This document shows positions 11,642 through 24,070 of a stretch of DNA of 57,771 bases, piece after piece. The translations under genes were made by a program, and so were the position numbers. Position 1 is the first letter of the stretch; each line of letters begins with the position of its first letter. The notes below the pieces were generated by a model. It did no database searches. It was not told where the DNA came from and saw nothing but the letters and a program-made list of their open reading frames with translations. Source of the stretch: Chara braunii (lineage: Eukaryota > Plantae > Charophyceae). Location: assembly GCA_003427395.1 (NCBI GenBank), contig BFEA01000014.1:4106677-4164447 (forward strand). The letters are read 5' to 3'.

Positions 11642-14600
11642 CCTGATGGACCTGAGTGCAGGACTACACCTGCCACCCGGGGAAAACAAAAAGTGCCAGT
11701 CCTAGGTAGACATGTTGTTTGCGTACTGAGACTTTCGTGAATGAACCTAACCTACAGTCGGGGCACCTCGCGTTAGAGGATTACTGTTATGAAGAGAGCC
11801 GATTAATTAACTTTCATGAAAAATGCGGTTTAACATACGAAAATAATGACAATGACCCAAAAAACAAGGAAAGACCATAGTAGGAAATGACGATGACGAC
11901 CTCATTTTCGTCGTTTTCGAGGACACAGGAACCAGCGTTTAAACCATGTCACGACCAAGTTTGGTTTTGGAAGTGAGGGCGTGATGAACGATGGGAAGGA
12001 AAATACAAGTACTAGAGGAGAAGACACGGGGCAGAAGTTTGCACTGACCGTCAAAGCCAATCCGGCTTGTTTTTGAGGCGGATGTCCAAAGCATATACCT
12101 AGAAATAACTCACCCCCAGGACGCGTCACAGGTGTTCCCAACGGCCCCAACCTGAATGCTTGGTCGTACCTTACCAAAGCGCACCTTTGATGGACATATG
12201 CATTCGGTTGACGAACGGTACACATGTCATTGTTGATGGATGGATACGGTACAAGTTTGAATCACGCGTGAATACAGTTGCAGTACTGATAGGAGATGGG
12301 TATGTGACGAACCAGCTCCTGAGCCTGCGCCATCTTCCGGACCCCTTCTCTCTCTCTTTTCTTTTTTTTTCGAATTTTGCTCGGCCTAACAAGGCCCCTC
12401 TCTGTTTTGATTAAAGGTGTCTTGCTGAGATTCATGTCTCCAGTGTCATTGATTCTTGAAATTATGTTTTCATAATTTAGGAAATGCACTGGAATTGTGC
12501 GCATGTTAGTAAGCGAGCTAGGAATTTGGCCCGACAGTTAGAAATTCCGAAATAAACGAAACCCGATGTATCATTTTTGTGCATGAATGTTCTCGATTAC
12601 ATCGCGGAAAACTCTCGGAATTTGGTGGGAATACGAATGGATGTGGGGTTGTCTTTTCCCGTGCCTACTTTGCGCGCGGATATGGTGATTTCAATTTTTG
12701 AATTAGCATAGGACTTAGGAATCTGTAACTGTTTTGGTGCCTCTTTTTACATTTGTGATCAGCGTCATGCAAGCGAGCTTCCCCCTTTCTGCTCCCCTCG
12801 CCATCTTCGATGCTCCCTCCGCACCTGCGCTCCCTCTTCCTCTGTAACCGTTTTTCCCTCTCTCTCTTTCTTTCTCTCCCCCCCCCCTCTCGCCGCGCCT
12901 TTTTTCTTTCTTGATCATCCGAATCTTGGATCTGTTTCGCTCTATCTTGCGCACCCTTCTTCCTCCAACTCTGAGTCCTATGCCCAAGAACCCGGTCGAT
13001 CCTCTCTTCACTCCATCCAGCCAAAGAGAAGCGTCGTGTAAGAGGGAACTCCTATTACGCGACGACTCAGTTTGGCTATGATCAAACTCAGAAGGATCAA
13101 CATGGTTTTCACCAGATGATTATCCCCATGTCCTCCCTCATTCTTCCCTGAATCAAACTTCATTCTCCCTCGTACCTACCTCCCTTCCCGGAACTATAAA
13201 TTATGCAAGCGTGCCCACAATTCTCTCTCTCTCAACTCGTCTGCCAACTTCCGGGAAGCAGTGGCCAGGTAGTGTGTGTGGAGTGTGAGTCGAAAAGTCC
13301 CAACGAGCTGGCTGTAGTCTGGCCGGCGATGCGCCTGATCGCCACGACGGACTATGGGATCCGGGCAAGCCGTGCAGAGACTAAGTCGGCGGGGTGACGA
13401 TCGTAGTGGTGGAAAGTGGCACGTGACGGTCGGGATCGTCAGTGCATGCATGGGGATAGTAATCAGAGTTAAATGGATGAATGGCCCGGGGCCATAGTTG
13501 AACTTCATGGCGGATGCGCCTCCTTGTCTCGAGTCTATTCCTTGGCGTGAGTTCAGTTCGACGGCAGTTAAGTCGAAAGCTTTTTTTCATCATCAGATCT
13601 TGGTGTAATTTTCATCTATCATGTCTGCTCCACGTTTTTTCCTCCCTACCTCCTCTCTTTTTCTGTCACATGAACGATTATGGATGTTTGTTGATCTATT
13701 GCACACGAGGAATGAGATGATTATTTTGGCTGACGCCTAATTAGTCACGGGGCAGGGGTGTAGAGCACATGAAGAACTGAGTGATGTGGCTGTCATTTTC
13801 GCACCTTCCTTGATGAGTGTCTGTGGGAAATGAATGAGAATGCTTGGATGATGTCATGATGAGACGATTGCCAAGTGGACTTGTCTCCGAGTAAGTCGTA
13901 GGATCTTTGTGATTAACATGTGGGATGCATGCTAGATAGGATCTCACTATTGCCATGTGGACCGATTGTCCCGAGCCGACTGGGCGCCGGCCTCCCGCAT
14001 CCCCGCCACACCCCTTTCCATATAACGAGAAGAGGACACGTGTATGTGAGTGAGACGTACGAGAAGTCGTCGCCAAGATCGTTGGAAGATACTACTTCCC
14101 TCCTGAAACTCGATGCTCTGGATTTGTCGGTGCGGGTTTTGTTATTGTGGACACAAATTTTTCGCCTTATTCGTTGTTATTGCCATTCAATGAGCTAATC
14201 GTCATCCTGTGGTCGGCAGTAGCGCCCCATTGGCCTAACACTCTGTGCAACGATTGTCGCCGCTTCGAGCGTTACCAAACGAAGGGTTTTCACTACCGAG
14301 TGCGGGAGGAAGAGGAGCATAAGGAAAGAGCCACTCGGCTGAGGCCTTCCACGTCAGATTCAGAGTTGTGTAATGAGCGGCGTCGGGACTTGACCCGGAA
14401 ACAGGATACCAAGTATGTGCTCGCCCCCTTCCATGTGAAATGAAAAGCGACGGCTCGATGGGAAGTTCAACGATACTTTTTGGATTGAATTTCCCGGCGC
14501 CGTGCGTCCCGCGCGCCCCTTCTTCTCCCTCAAAACTCGCGCAGTGACGAACCCTCCCCCTGCTTACTAAGTCATACCGGCACAGGGGATTTCGGTTCTG

Positions 14601-14761
14601 TCCATGTCCCCGCACTCAATTTCCCAAAAATCCTTGGCGCACCCCATCTTGCTGTCTCTCTGGGGCCCCTTCCGCAATTTTAAACACTCCGAACGAAAGA
14701 CAGCACAGGGCGTGAGGTTGAGCGTCACAGGTACCTGGGCTCGTGTGAGTGCTCGCGTGCC

Positions 14762-14781
14762 CGCGCGCGCGCGCGCGCGCG

Positions 14782-14820
<39 letters not shown>
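14762..14820. repeat. (CG)n-(GA)n compound microsatellite
   Basis: Direct reading of the sequence. Confidence 0.95.
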
Positions 14821-14822
<2 letters not shown>

Positions 14823-16087
14823 CACAATGGGCATGACAGGGGGGGCGCACAGGCCTCAAATACCCAGCGAAGGAGGCCCAAGTCCGTGGAAAACAATGGA
14901 GGGCACCGCAGAAAGATTGGAGGGTGGGAAAATTTCTGATATGCCTCGGTAGCTCCCCTCCCCGGGCCAGGGGAACGGCCACGACTGCCAGTAACGGGCA
15001 CAAGGGCATACTGAAAAGATGCACGGTACTGGTAGGGACGTATGGAGAATTCTTGTTCTGATACTCAACAGCTATCTGGTAGGGGCATACTGGAAATTTG
15101 GCACCGGTACCGGTAGGGGCATATTGAACATATCTCAGGCCCAAATGACAGCAAAGTTTTTTTGGAAACTTGAATCATTGTCAGATGGGCGAATGGGGGT
15201 AAGTCGCCCATCAGAAGGGGAAATCACAAATAAACTCAAATTTCAGGGGCACCCAAGTTGTGCTCAGAAACACAGGCATGACCCCCACACAGCCCCAGCG
15301 CAAAAAAAACAGAAAACAAAAGAAAATCCAAAAATCAAAAAAAAATCTGGGGTAAAAAATGTTGTGTAGAATTGCAATACAAAAAACTTTTGGCTGAGGG
15401 TCACATCAGAATTCCTCACATAACTATGTCCCAAAAGAACGATATGTTCGCGGGGCTAGCGCACCGCGCCTAACAGCGCGTAGGCAACGAGGGATCGCAT
15501 AGGCACAACTGCGAGTGTGGGGACGCTGGGCCAGAGCTTGTTGTGAGGGTGGCGGGAGCGGAGGAGGATAGGGTGCAAGGGCACAGGGGGGGGGCCTCAG
15601 GGAGGTGATACCATGCCTCTGCCATACCTCATCCTGGCCGACCTCGGTCGGTAATCCTGGAGGATCACGGTATGGATAGGTGGAGATGTGTGGGTGGTCA
15701 AAGGGCGGGATCTGCGCGCTGTTTCATACCATAATTGCAACCTAATCAGGGGGTTGCTCATTCCCCTGGTTACAGATACGGAAAACTATGATTGTATCAT
15801 TGGAGTGCTTACGTGCTGGAGCTGAAGGATGACAGAGCATCGATAAAACGTCGACATTCGGGAGAGAGAATGGACAGTAGCTGCAAGCGGTATCGTCCAC
15901 CGTCGTGAATAGCGGACTTCAAGCTGCGATCAGGATTGTCCATCGTTGCTCATACTCCTACTTCGGGTGTGATGTTAGTCAGAATTTCGAGACCTTCAGT
16001 GCTTGACAGATAATTGAGTGTGGGGTATTGTCGTTTGCGAAACGTTACCGTGGTTGGTGTTGCTTCTGCGTGTTTGCCGCGCTAATC

Positions 16088-16091
<4 letters not shown>

Positions 16092-16167
<76 letters not shown>
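16092..16167. repeat. (GA)n microsatellite
   Basis: Direct reading of the sequence. Confidence 0.95.
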
Positions 16168-16171
<4 letters not shown>

Positions 16172-16993
16172 GTAATTCTTTGTGAAATTTTTCTTTACTG
16201 GTTCTCTACGTGTCTAGGATTTCGCTTTGGTTAGATGCATACATGGTTGGGGTTTGGTTGGACACATATATGATTGGGGTTTGAACTTTGTTGACCTTGT
16301 GTTAAATGATAGTTAGTTTAGAGACTTGGACGATTGTTTAGGCTATAGAGTTTTGAATATAGCGTTGGATTTTTGCTGGGGTTGTATTAATGTTAGTTAG
16401 TTCTATTACGGCTCCCTCTCTAATTAGTGTATCTAGGGTCTCGGACCTTTGGTAGGTTTTTCTTTTCTTAGGATTGCTGGGCTGTTTCAAATACCCTGGC
16501 TCGGGCTTTGCTTGGCCGAAGAGCCTTGCTCAGCTCGATAGCTGCGGCACTCTTTGTGAGGGACGCAGGGCCCAGTTCCCAGCTTATAATAAATTGTCTT
16601 AAAAAAAAAAAAAAAAAAAAAAATCCTCACGTAACTGAAGATGAAAAAGAAAATAACCGAATCACACCAAGGCACTCCCCTTTTAACCCCTTTAGCCCCT
16701 TTTAAAATAATTATACCCCCCTTTCCCCCCTTTGACAGCCAACACTCAAAAAAAGAAAAGAGAAGCCAAAAAAAAAAAAAAAAAAAACCAAAAGAAAAGA
16801 GCCCGGATTTGGGTTTCTTCTCTTTTTTCTCCCATGCCTGGGTATCCCGGGCGCCAGACTCCCCTGGGCGTCGTGCCTGGGTGACTGGCAGGTCCCCTGG
16901 GCTAACACAAGGACCGAGCATTTGCCAGAAACTGGGCCTCCTTTTTCATCTTCCCCCACCCCCATAGTGTAACAGCAGTGTCTAAAGGCTAAA

Positions 16994-17244
16994 GCCAGCA
17001 CTCTCCCACACACCACAGGCAACCCACTCACACAGGCACTCACACCCGTGGTGGTCTCGTGCACGGTGCACACACACCCGTGTTGCCTGAAGACCCACTC
17101 ACTAATACAAGCCAAAACTCTCCGACACACCACAAGCAATCCACTCACACACGCACTCACACCCGGGTTGGTCTGGCGCACTCACTAAATCCAACACTCT
17201 CCCACAGAGGATATGCAACCCAATCACACGCGCACTCACACCCG
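16994..17244. repeat. Three degenerate ~55-bp repeats with unequal spacers
   Basis: Unit cca.cactctcc.cacacaccaca.gcaa.ccactcacaca.gcactcacacccg at about 16994, 17111 and 17190. Confidence 0.75.
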
Positions 17245-17293
17245 GTTTTTTTTTTTTTTTTTTTTTTTTTTTTGTGGCTAAAGACCTTACTAA

Positions 17294-18200
17294 GGGCATA
17301 CTCACACTAGGGGTCTAATTCTCAAAATCGCAAAATCTGCTCTTCTTTTGCAGTCACACATTATCCCCGCCCCCACCAAAATCACAAAGCATGTAGTATT
17401 TGTCAGCGGCCTGCTGGGCCGCGGGGTGCAGCAAATTGCGAGGACCTCTAGAGGTCCTAGCAAATTCGCAATTGATTTTCTTCAAAAAAAAAAACAACTA
17501 GAACCTCCGCAGGCCACGAAACGGAATTTCTTGCCCACTATCGTCCAAAAATGCTACGTTTGGTCTCCAGCCGTGAAGTCATACAATGGCTGTACTATCT
17601 TTGGCATTATGCACAGCAGATTGCCTGTCTGTAAGGGGTTTGTCCCTAGTGGTGGAGTCCCTTGCCCCCCCAGGTGAGTCCCATACGCGCTTGCGCTCCC
17701 CTTCCGCCCGTTTCTCCCCCATTTCCGCATGCGGATAGTCTGGCCCTCCGGAAGAATAGTCAGGCCCTTCGCGAGAATAGGAGCACGTTCCGCCCGGCCT
17801 CCCCCCTGCTTCCTGGTCTCCGTGCTCTCACTGCACTCCCGCCACAGCCAGTCTTGCAAGTGGTCCACTTTCATAGGTGCATAGCACCTGGTCTGCTCGC
17901 CATATGTGACAAAGGTTGGAGAAGCGGGAAGATCGCGCCTCTGTGCAGGCCGAAACTTTAGAAGAAGAAATTAAAAAAAAAAAAACATAAAACCCAATAA
18001 AAAAAATTCCACCATCTGCTATCAGCTGTGTGACCACGCTGATACCAAATGGACCCTTGTTAGAGAAAGTCGCGGCCATGTCTCATTCACATTTTGCTAT
18101 TGTGCTACTGGTGTGTGAGTACGCCGCACACATAAATCTCAAATTCGAAATTGCAAAATTGCAGATTTTGCAACTTTGCTCACCGTGTGTGAGTATGCCC
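17294..18200. mobile_element. PIF/Harbinger (Tourist-like) non-autonomous element
   Basis: Perfect 14-bp TIR GGGCATACTCACAC / GTGTGAGTATGCCC and shared subterminal GCAAAATCTGC. Flanks TAA (17291-17293) and TAT (18201-18203) fit a 3-bp TAA-type TSD with one change. Confidence 0.75.
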
Positions 18201-18203
18201 TAT

Positions 18204-21029
18204 GAGGCGCGATCTTCCCGGTTCGAAATGCCCTCACACACGATGAACTTGGGCGGGTAATTCCTGATCACCAACTCTCGTTTCACTGCCAAGATACATT
18301 CATGAAAACCCCACACATCCGAGCAAAGGTGGTGAACCCGATGCAAGGTGCTGGTAACAGCACCAGCCTTAGCTCTCTTGCTGGAATAGGAGCTGAAGTC
18401 CTAAAACCCACCAAACACCAAACTACCCGAATCCCAGATTGTCGTTGCATTCTTGACAATAGCTACTGTCCGTAACTCAGCACCATACCTGGAAACTACC
18501 ATCCCAGCAAAAACCCAACTGCTCTGGTCATTATCCGTACGAACAAGCCGCAGGTTCGAACCATAGCATTGCGAAAACTGGTCCAAAATACGCATTGCCC
18601 TTTCATGGCTATGATGTCCAACCTCAGCAATAAAAATAGTAACATCATCAACCACTCGAAACCCACGCACTAAACAGCGATCCGCTCCGAGGTTTTTGAG
18701 AAATGAAAACTCAGCGTAAGTGCACAAATTACAAGCTAGCGGGCAGCTGGATGACTTCCCCATAGGCACACCAACCACTTGTCTGAGCAGCTGGCCTGCA
18801 GCCCGGATGAAGGTAAAGCAAAGATCAAAACCCACCATCATCCTCACATCATGGAGAGAAACAAGTAGACATTCATTCCTAACGCCACTGTATGACAACC
18901 AGGCTTTCTTTCCTCTCTTAGCCACTTGCACCCCCTTGCATCCTTAATTATCATAGTAGGCCGTAATCCAGTCGACAGCTTGGATAACCTTCGCGTGGGG
19001 GAGCGAAACAAACATATCCTTGACATCGAACGATCCTATCACCAAATCGTGATAGTACCTCTGGCGAAAGTCTCGGTTCATAGCCTGTATCCCAGGCAGA
19101 AAATGCATAAGTGCTTTGAGGTTGAATCCCGTATTAGCCGGCAAGGCAAACAGAAGAGCATTCAAAGCAGTAGCTACCCTGGAACTAGCTAACTTAGTGG
19201 GTTCACCGCAAGTGGGTGAAATGGGACGCCATCTGGACAAGTCCTTGTGCTTAGGCAGCACATAGGCTTCCCCAAATCGTCCACCAGCATCCCACTTGCC
19301 GAGCCTGAGCAAATTCGAGTCCAAGAAAACCTCCCTCATTCGGAAAAGCACTTCATCTTCCCAACAGCTCACAGCTCGAAACGACGAGTTCCGAGTGAGA
19401 GACATGTGCAAATAGTGCCTATACAGAACCGGACATACAACCAGCGTATCCGTTGTGTTCCTATCGATCGGGATACAGAGGAAAGGTTTGAGACGAAGGA
19501 ACCACTGATTCAAAAAAGTCAAGTAAGCTTCATCCCCAGCCACCAATCGTAAATTCCAACATCCTTCCAACTCACGCTTCTCCACGACATACGAAGATCT
19601 TAGGTAGCTTGCTATCCTAACAATCTGTTTACCCAGTTCCAAAAACCCATGTTTAGGGAGCACCCTCGGTACATTACGAGAGTTCCGGAGAAGGTCAGGT
19701 ATCCCTGGTATACCTCCTATCCGGGTCATAACATGCAACCGGGCAGCAACCCAGAATGCTCCCACCCAGGTTCGAGGTGGCAACTACAGACCCAATCATC
19801 ACTCCTTTTACCCAACTTCTGCACCGTGTGAAAATACCCACTAACCGATACATTTTTACGCCAAACAAAGTGAATCTTCCTTTTAAGTAGTCCTGCAACC
19901 GCCTGCGGTAATGTCGATATCGAGAGCACCCTCAAAACCACAGCATGAACTTTCACGGAATCTACTCGATGATCATAGCGCAATTTTACAACCAGTCGGT
20001 GACGTACATCGATACCTGTTCTACGCTTAATGGCACGAGCCAAAATGCTTTTAAGGACCGCCCTAGTCTGTTTGCCGGAGAACTCGCGGGCACCCTTGAA
20101 CCAGCGAACAAGCAATGAAACAGGATTAAACCTTAACAGGCGTCGTCTCCATGGTTGGAGGAGGAGCAACTTGAGCTGCCCCTTATGGATAGCCTGTCCA
20201 TTAGGAGTGAAAAGAATTGGACCCAACTCCCAAACCCCTCCTTTTTAAAGCACCGACTTAGCATCCTTCAGAGGTACTCTCAAGGAACCCAACTTAACCA
20301 GAGTGAGACCAAAACATCTTCTCAACAAAGGCCAACCATCAGGCCACAAATTGCCAGCAAAAAATTCAATGAAAAGCTTCCTTTTGTTAAGTAGCACCTC
20401 CTGCCTTAGCAATGACAAGACACTATCCGACCATTGGTCACCAATCACCCTGACTTTAACCAATCCAACGTCAGTATCACTAATCCGCTTCCCTCGTCTC
20501 TTAATCCTTCCTGGCCTAGAATTGCGAGCATTTCGCCGCACAGATCGCCTATAATTCAGAATCAGAGAGAAATTCTTGATAATTACTGACTTAACAGACT
20601 GCACAGAAGTTACACCATTCACGAGCGGTACACTCAGATATTGCCCGATACCAATCATCTGCAGCCATCTATACAATCTAGGATAGACCCCAAGTCCCTT
20701 AACCTTAACCGTTCGAATATGTTATGCCCACCTTATATAGATACCACGTGTAGATGACCCCACATACTGTGCCCTAGTCCAGGGGACGTCAAAACATACA
20801 CGACGGGACCAATGTCCCAGGAATCCCAGCTGACATTGAGAAGCAGAGATACGAACTTACCCATCCATAGTACCTCACCTAAAATTGCCTGAGCTACAAA
20901 ACAGAGGGTCGCACACTTATCATATAGCAGTCGAAGGTGAGAGGATTTACGATCATGCCAAAGCTGATTGCGTAAGTGCATACAATCGACCAGATTCTGC
21001 CAAAGCCGAACACGCACGAAATGACTCAT
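18204..21029 (-). pseudogene. PLE ORF2: N-terminal GIY-YIG endonuclease plus reverse transcriptase (frameshifts and stops)
   Basis: GPVVYVLTSP, then a frameshift, then TRAQYVGSSTRGIYIRWA*H at about 20810-20720; WVCSCH linker; RT motifs AYVLPKHKDLSRWRPI, SFDVKDMFVSLPH, RQVVGVPMGKSSS, FRVVDD. Confidence 0.85.
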
Positions 21030-21907
21030 TCAATTGCCAGGAGTCTCCTCCTCATCCAGCGTAGCTGGATCAGAAGACGATGGAACGGAACCTTCATAGG
21101 CAAGCTTAACCCTTGCCTCAATTATCTTTTCAATGGTCGGTGATTTAGTAGTGTACTCGATGCCCTCCGCTGCGCAAATAGCCTTGAGTTGTTCCTTGTT
21201 CTTGCCAGTAAGCAGCCTGTGGTGCTGAAGTACATACACCAGGATTCCCTCTGGACCACTTCCGGCCGGAATCTTCGTTCGTTGCCGCTCCTCCGCTCTC
21301 CTTGAAGATTCAGCCCGAGGAGTATCAACCACTAAACCGTCATCCCTCTGGAAGACGGGTTGTCGAAACGGCCTACGACCCACACTCGCCGGTTCCTTGC
21401 CCTTCCTCTTCTTCATCTCTCTAATCTCATAGAGTTTAGCTATCTCATCTTCAATATCTTCAATGCCCCGATTCTCATAGTCATATACCTCCCGTTCTCT
21501 CTCTCGAATGACAACGCCTGGAGTACGACACACTGGAGATCGGGCCTCCTCCCGTCTTGCCTCCTCCCGAGAAACGAGATACTGCCGACCGATCTTAGAC
21601 AAAACCCTCGCCTCAAGCGCCTCCGAATTCCTTTCAATCTCCTGCTTGATTAGCTCGTCCATCTTGCGCTTCTCGTCAATCTCTCGCTTATGCGCTTGCT
21701 CCTCTCTCTTCTTTTGAATGAGCTGTCTCGAGAATTCGCACTCCTCGTTATCATCCTGATTACGCCTAGGAGTCCAGTAACGATTACTAGCAGGAGTAGA
21801 TGCATTTGAGGTTCCACCACCAGGCTGTTGCTGGCGCTGGGAGGACATTCCCTCGCGAAATGTCCCTCACCTCCGCAATTGAAGCACTTATTACCAGATG
21901 ATGCCAT
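21030..21907 (-). pseudogene. PLE ORF1: CCHC zinc knuckle, coiled coil and SAP/HeH-like helix pair (one frameshift)
   Basis: MASSGNKCFNCGGEGHFARECP (C-x2-C-x4-H-x4-C) shifts into ORF 21030..21848, which has an E/K/R-rich coiled coil and LTGKNKEQLKAICAAEGIEYTTKSPTIEKII. Confidence 0.8.
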
Positions 21908-22310
21908 CGTTGATCGTCCAAACCAACCAACCAGGAGTCCCGTGAGCACGAGTATCCAACTCCCAGACGTAAAGATCCAATGATAAGGGGTTGCACTAAC
22001 AGCGCCGCGGATTTCAATAGCCCTACACCATACTAAGTACCGAGTAAGAAGAGCCGCCCCAGAAATACCAACAGCACTCATCCGTAGGCAATACGCACAA
22101 GCCAAAACCATTAACCCTTATCCTAACTAGGTCTTAATCTATTCGTACAAAAATTTGGATGCGATCCTGCTCGTCCACATACACTATAACCCGAACGAGA
22201 GTATCCACCTGAGGGAACCACAAAGCGCATTTAACTAGCATCCTATCCATAGCATCAGAACCACTGTGACCACCACGCAATGTATGACCGCACTACAGGT
22301 TGTCCCATAC

Positions 22311-22363
22311 GTTTGGGCGTTCGGGTTCGGGCGTTCGACCCGTCCCGAACACCGGTTACCCTG
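22311..22363. mobile_element. Solo terminus of the hAT-like MITE family seen at 4330-5800
   Basis: gtttgggcgttcggg...cgtcccgaacaccggttaccctg matches 5762-5800. Confidence 0.7.
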
Positions 22364-22787
22364 TACAAGACTATATTTTTTATTATTTATTTTTGAAATT
22401 TTTTGCTGCAAAAAAATCTCTGTGAAAAAGAAAAGAAAAACCCACCCATTTCATATTGTTTTTTTTTTGTTATTTTCTTCTTTTATGTTTTTTTTTTTTT
22501 AAATAAAGAAAAAGCTCAAAAAATAAAATAAAAAACATCACGTTGTAGATCTTGAAAATATCTACAACCCTGTACTTTGTTTTTTTTTTGCTCATTATTT
22601 TCCGGGGAAAAACATATTCCCACGCCCGCTCAAAGCCCGCTCAAAAATTTGAGCTCCGACCCCGCGCTCAATCAGCACGTGGTAACACAAATTGATGAGA
22701 GTGAGGGCGTGTGAGGAGACCTGATGGCGTTCTGTGTTCCTTCCTTTCTCTTCTTCTAACTTCCTTTTTATCTTCTAACTTTTGCAA

Positions 22788-22863
22788 GCAGGTGACGCTC
22801 CCCAGAGTCCCCACCAATAGATGGAGCCTCTGTTTTGTTTGAAAAAAAAAAAAAAAAAAAAAA
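22788..22863 (+). mobile_element. Very short 3' fragment of the L1-like family, with poly(A)
   Basis: gcaggtgacgctcccc...ccccaccaatagatggag matches 53671-53700, followed by an A tail. Confidence 0.7.
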
Positions 22864-23989
22864 GTGGAACTTTGACCTTTCCTCATTTCAATCTCTTCGC
22901 CTGGATAAGGCGGACCCTTTTTCTCACTTTTCTATCCCTCTCTCAATTTTGTCCAATTAATGGATGGTTGTTGCTCGATGGCCTCTTCTGAATGACTGAA
23001 TGTATGGGCGCTGCTTGTTTGATAGATCGAAGTAAAGTGCAACGGCTTGTGTGTATGCGCGATCTGCACATAGGACACCATTGTGATTGAATGATGTGAT
23101 TTCCTGGTCTTATGGCCGACTGTTAATCCTGCGTACGGGTGGATACGTTACGAGCCATCCTTCCGGATCTGCTGGCCACGTAAGCGCACGTACGAAGGAG
23201 CCAACCCACCGTATCTGTCCTCCTCCTCTCCTTATTGCAACTCAAGAACCATTGCTACGTGCTAGAGGATGGAAAACTGCCGACTCCTGTTTGATGGCAA
23301 GGTGTTCCGGGGGATATGGGAAAGGTATTGCTCCGCCATGGAGCCCAGATCTCCAAACCGGCTCACTGAGCGTGAATATCTGAGATTCCAGATGGGGGAA
23401 TACTTTCTTCCTCACCTTCGACCCAGCCTTCCTGGATTCCCCCGTCAACCTGAAGAAGAACGTCTATCTGAGTGGGATATTCAGCGGGCCCTGGATCGGA
23501 ACCCCCGACCCATACAGTACCCGGTCAACCGAAGATTGCAAGTGTTCACTACGTTGGGGTTCGTGGCCATCCAAACGGGATTTCCCCCTCATTACCTCCT
23601 CCTCCCATTTAACAATTTAACCGTCATCCCCTGGCGAGCGTGCCGCCTAACCTGTGCTCCGAGTGCATACAGGACTACGTCTACCGAGCAAGAGGGTTTG
23701 TCTGACGACATCGTAACAAAACCAAGCTACGCGCAAAGAGCCTACACTTAAGGCCCTCATCCTCAGATTCGGAGCTCTGCGAGTTCCACAGGAGCCACGT
23801 GTCAGAACGGCGAGACATTCACAGTGTTCCTTGCATACACCACGTGCGGGCCTGGCCTGAGTGTCGGCATTGATCAAACCCCACTCAGGACACAGTGGAC
23901 CCCACTGTGTCTTGAGACTACCACGTAACCCTTCCAAATCAATTGCGTTTCTGTCCTTGACCCAGGTGATCCCAGTTCCAACCTTGGAC

Positions 23990-24070
23990 TTTTTTTTTTT
24001 TTTTTTTTTTTTTTTACCAACACTGCCATCAGTGTTAGTGCTGCTGATAAGAGCAGACACCACCCCCACT
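23990..24070 (-). mobile_element. 3' tail of a related LINE or a dependent SINE
   Basis: Poly-T followed by tgctgataagagcagacacca, identical to 25518-25538. The upstream extent was not determined. Confidence 0.65.

Larger units (their letters stand above)
18204..22300 (-). mobile_element. Penelope-like retroelement with permuted domains (Naiad/Chlamys type) and an upstream gag-like ORF; decayed
   Basis: Domain order ORF1 (CCHC) - GIY-YIG - CxC linker - RT. The RT motifs are PLE-like. The 5' boundary is approximate. Confidence 0.85.

Noticed and set aside
10755-11740. Long ORFs spanning N runs (also at 27, 35.5 and 55 kb)
   Set aside because: Artefacts of translating gaps.
16994-17244. CRISPR-like repeat-spacer pattern
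   Set aside because: Only three degenerate ~55-bp units with unequal spacers, no cas genes, and a eukaryotic TE context.
18401-18946. Selenocysteine codons within the PLE RT
   Set aside because: The in-frame stops there are TAA and TAG, consistent with decay.
22100-22310. Hammerhead or pLTR at the PLE 5' end
   Set aside because: Only CTGATGC was found, with no matching core or terminal repeat.
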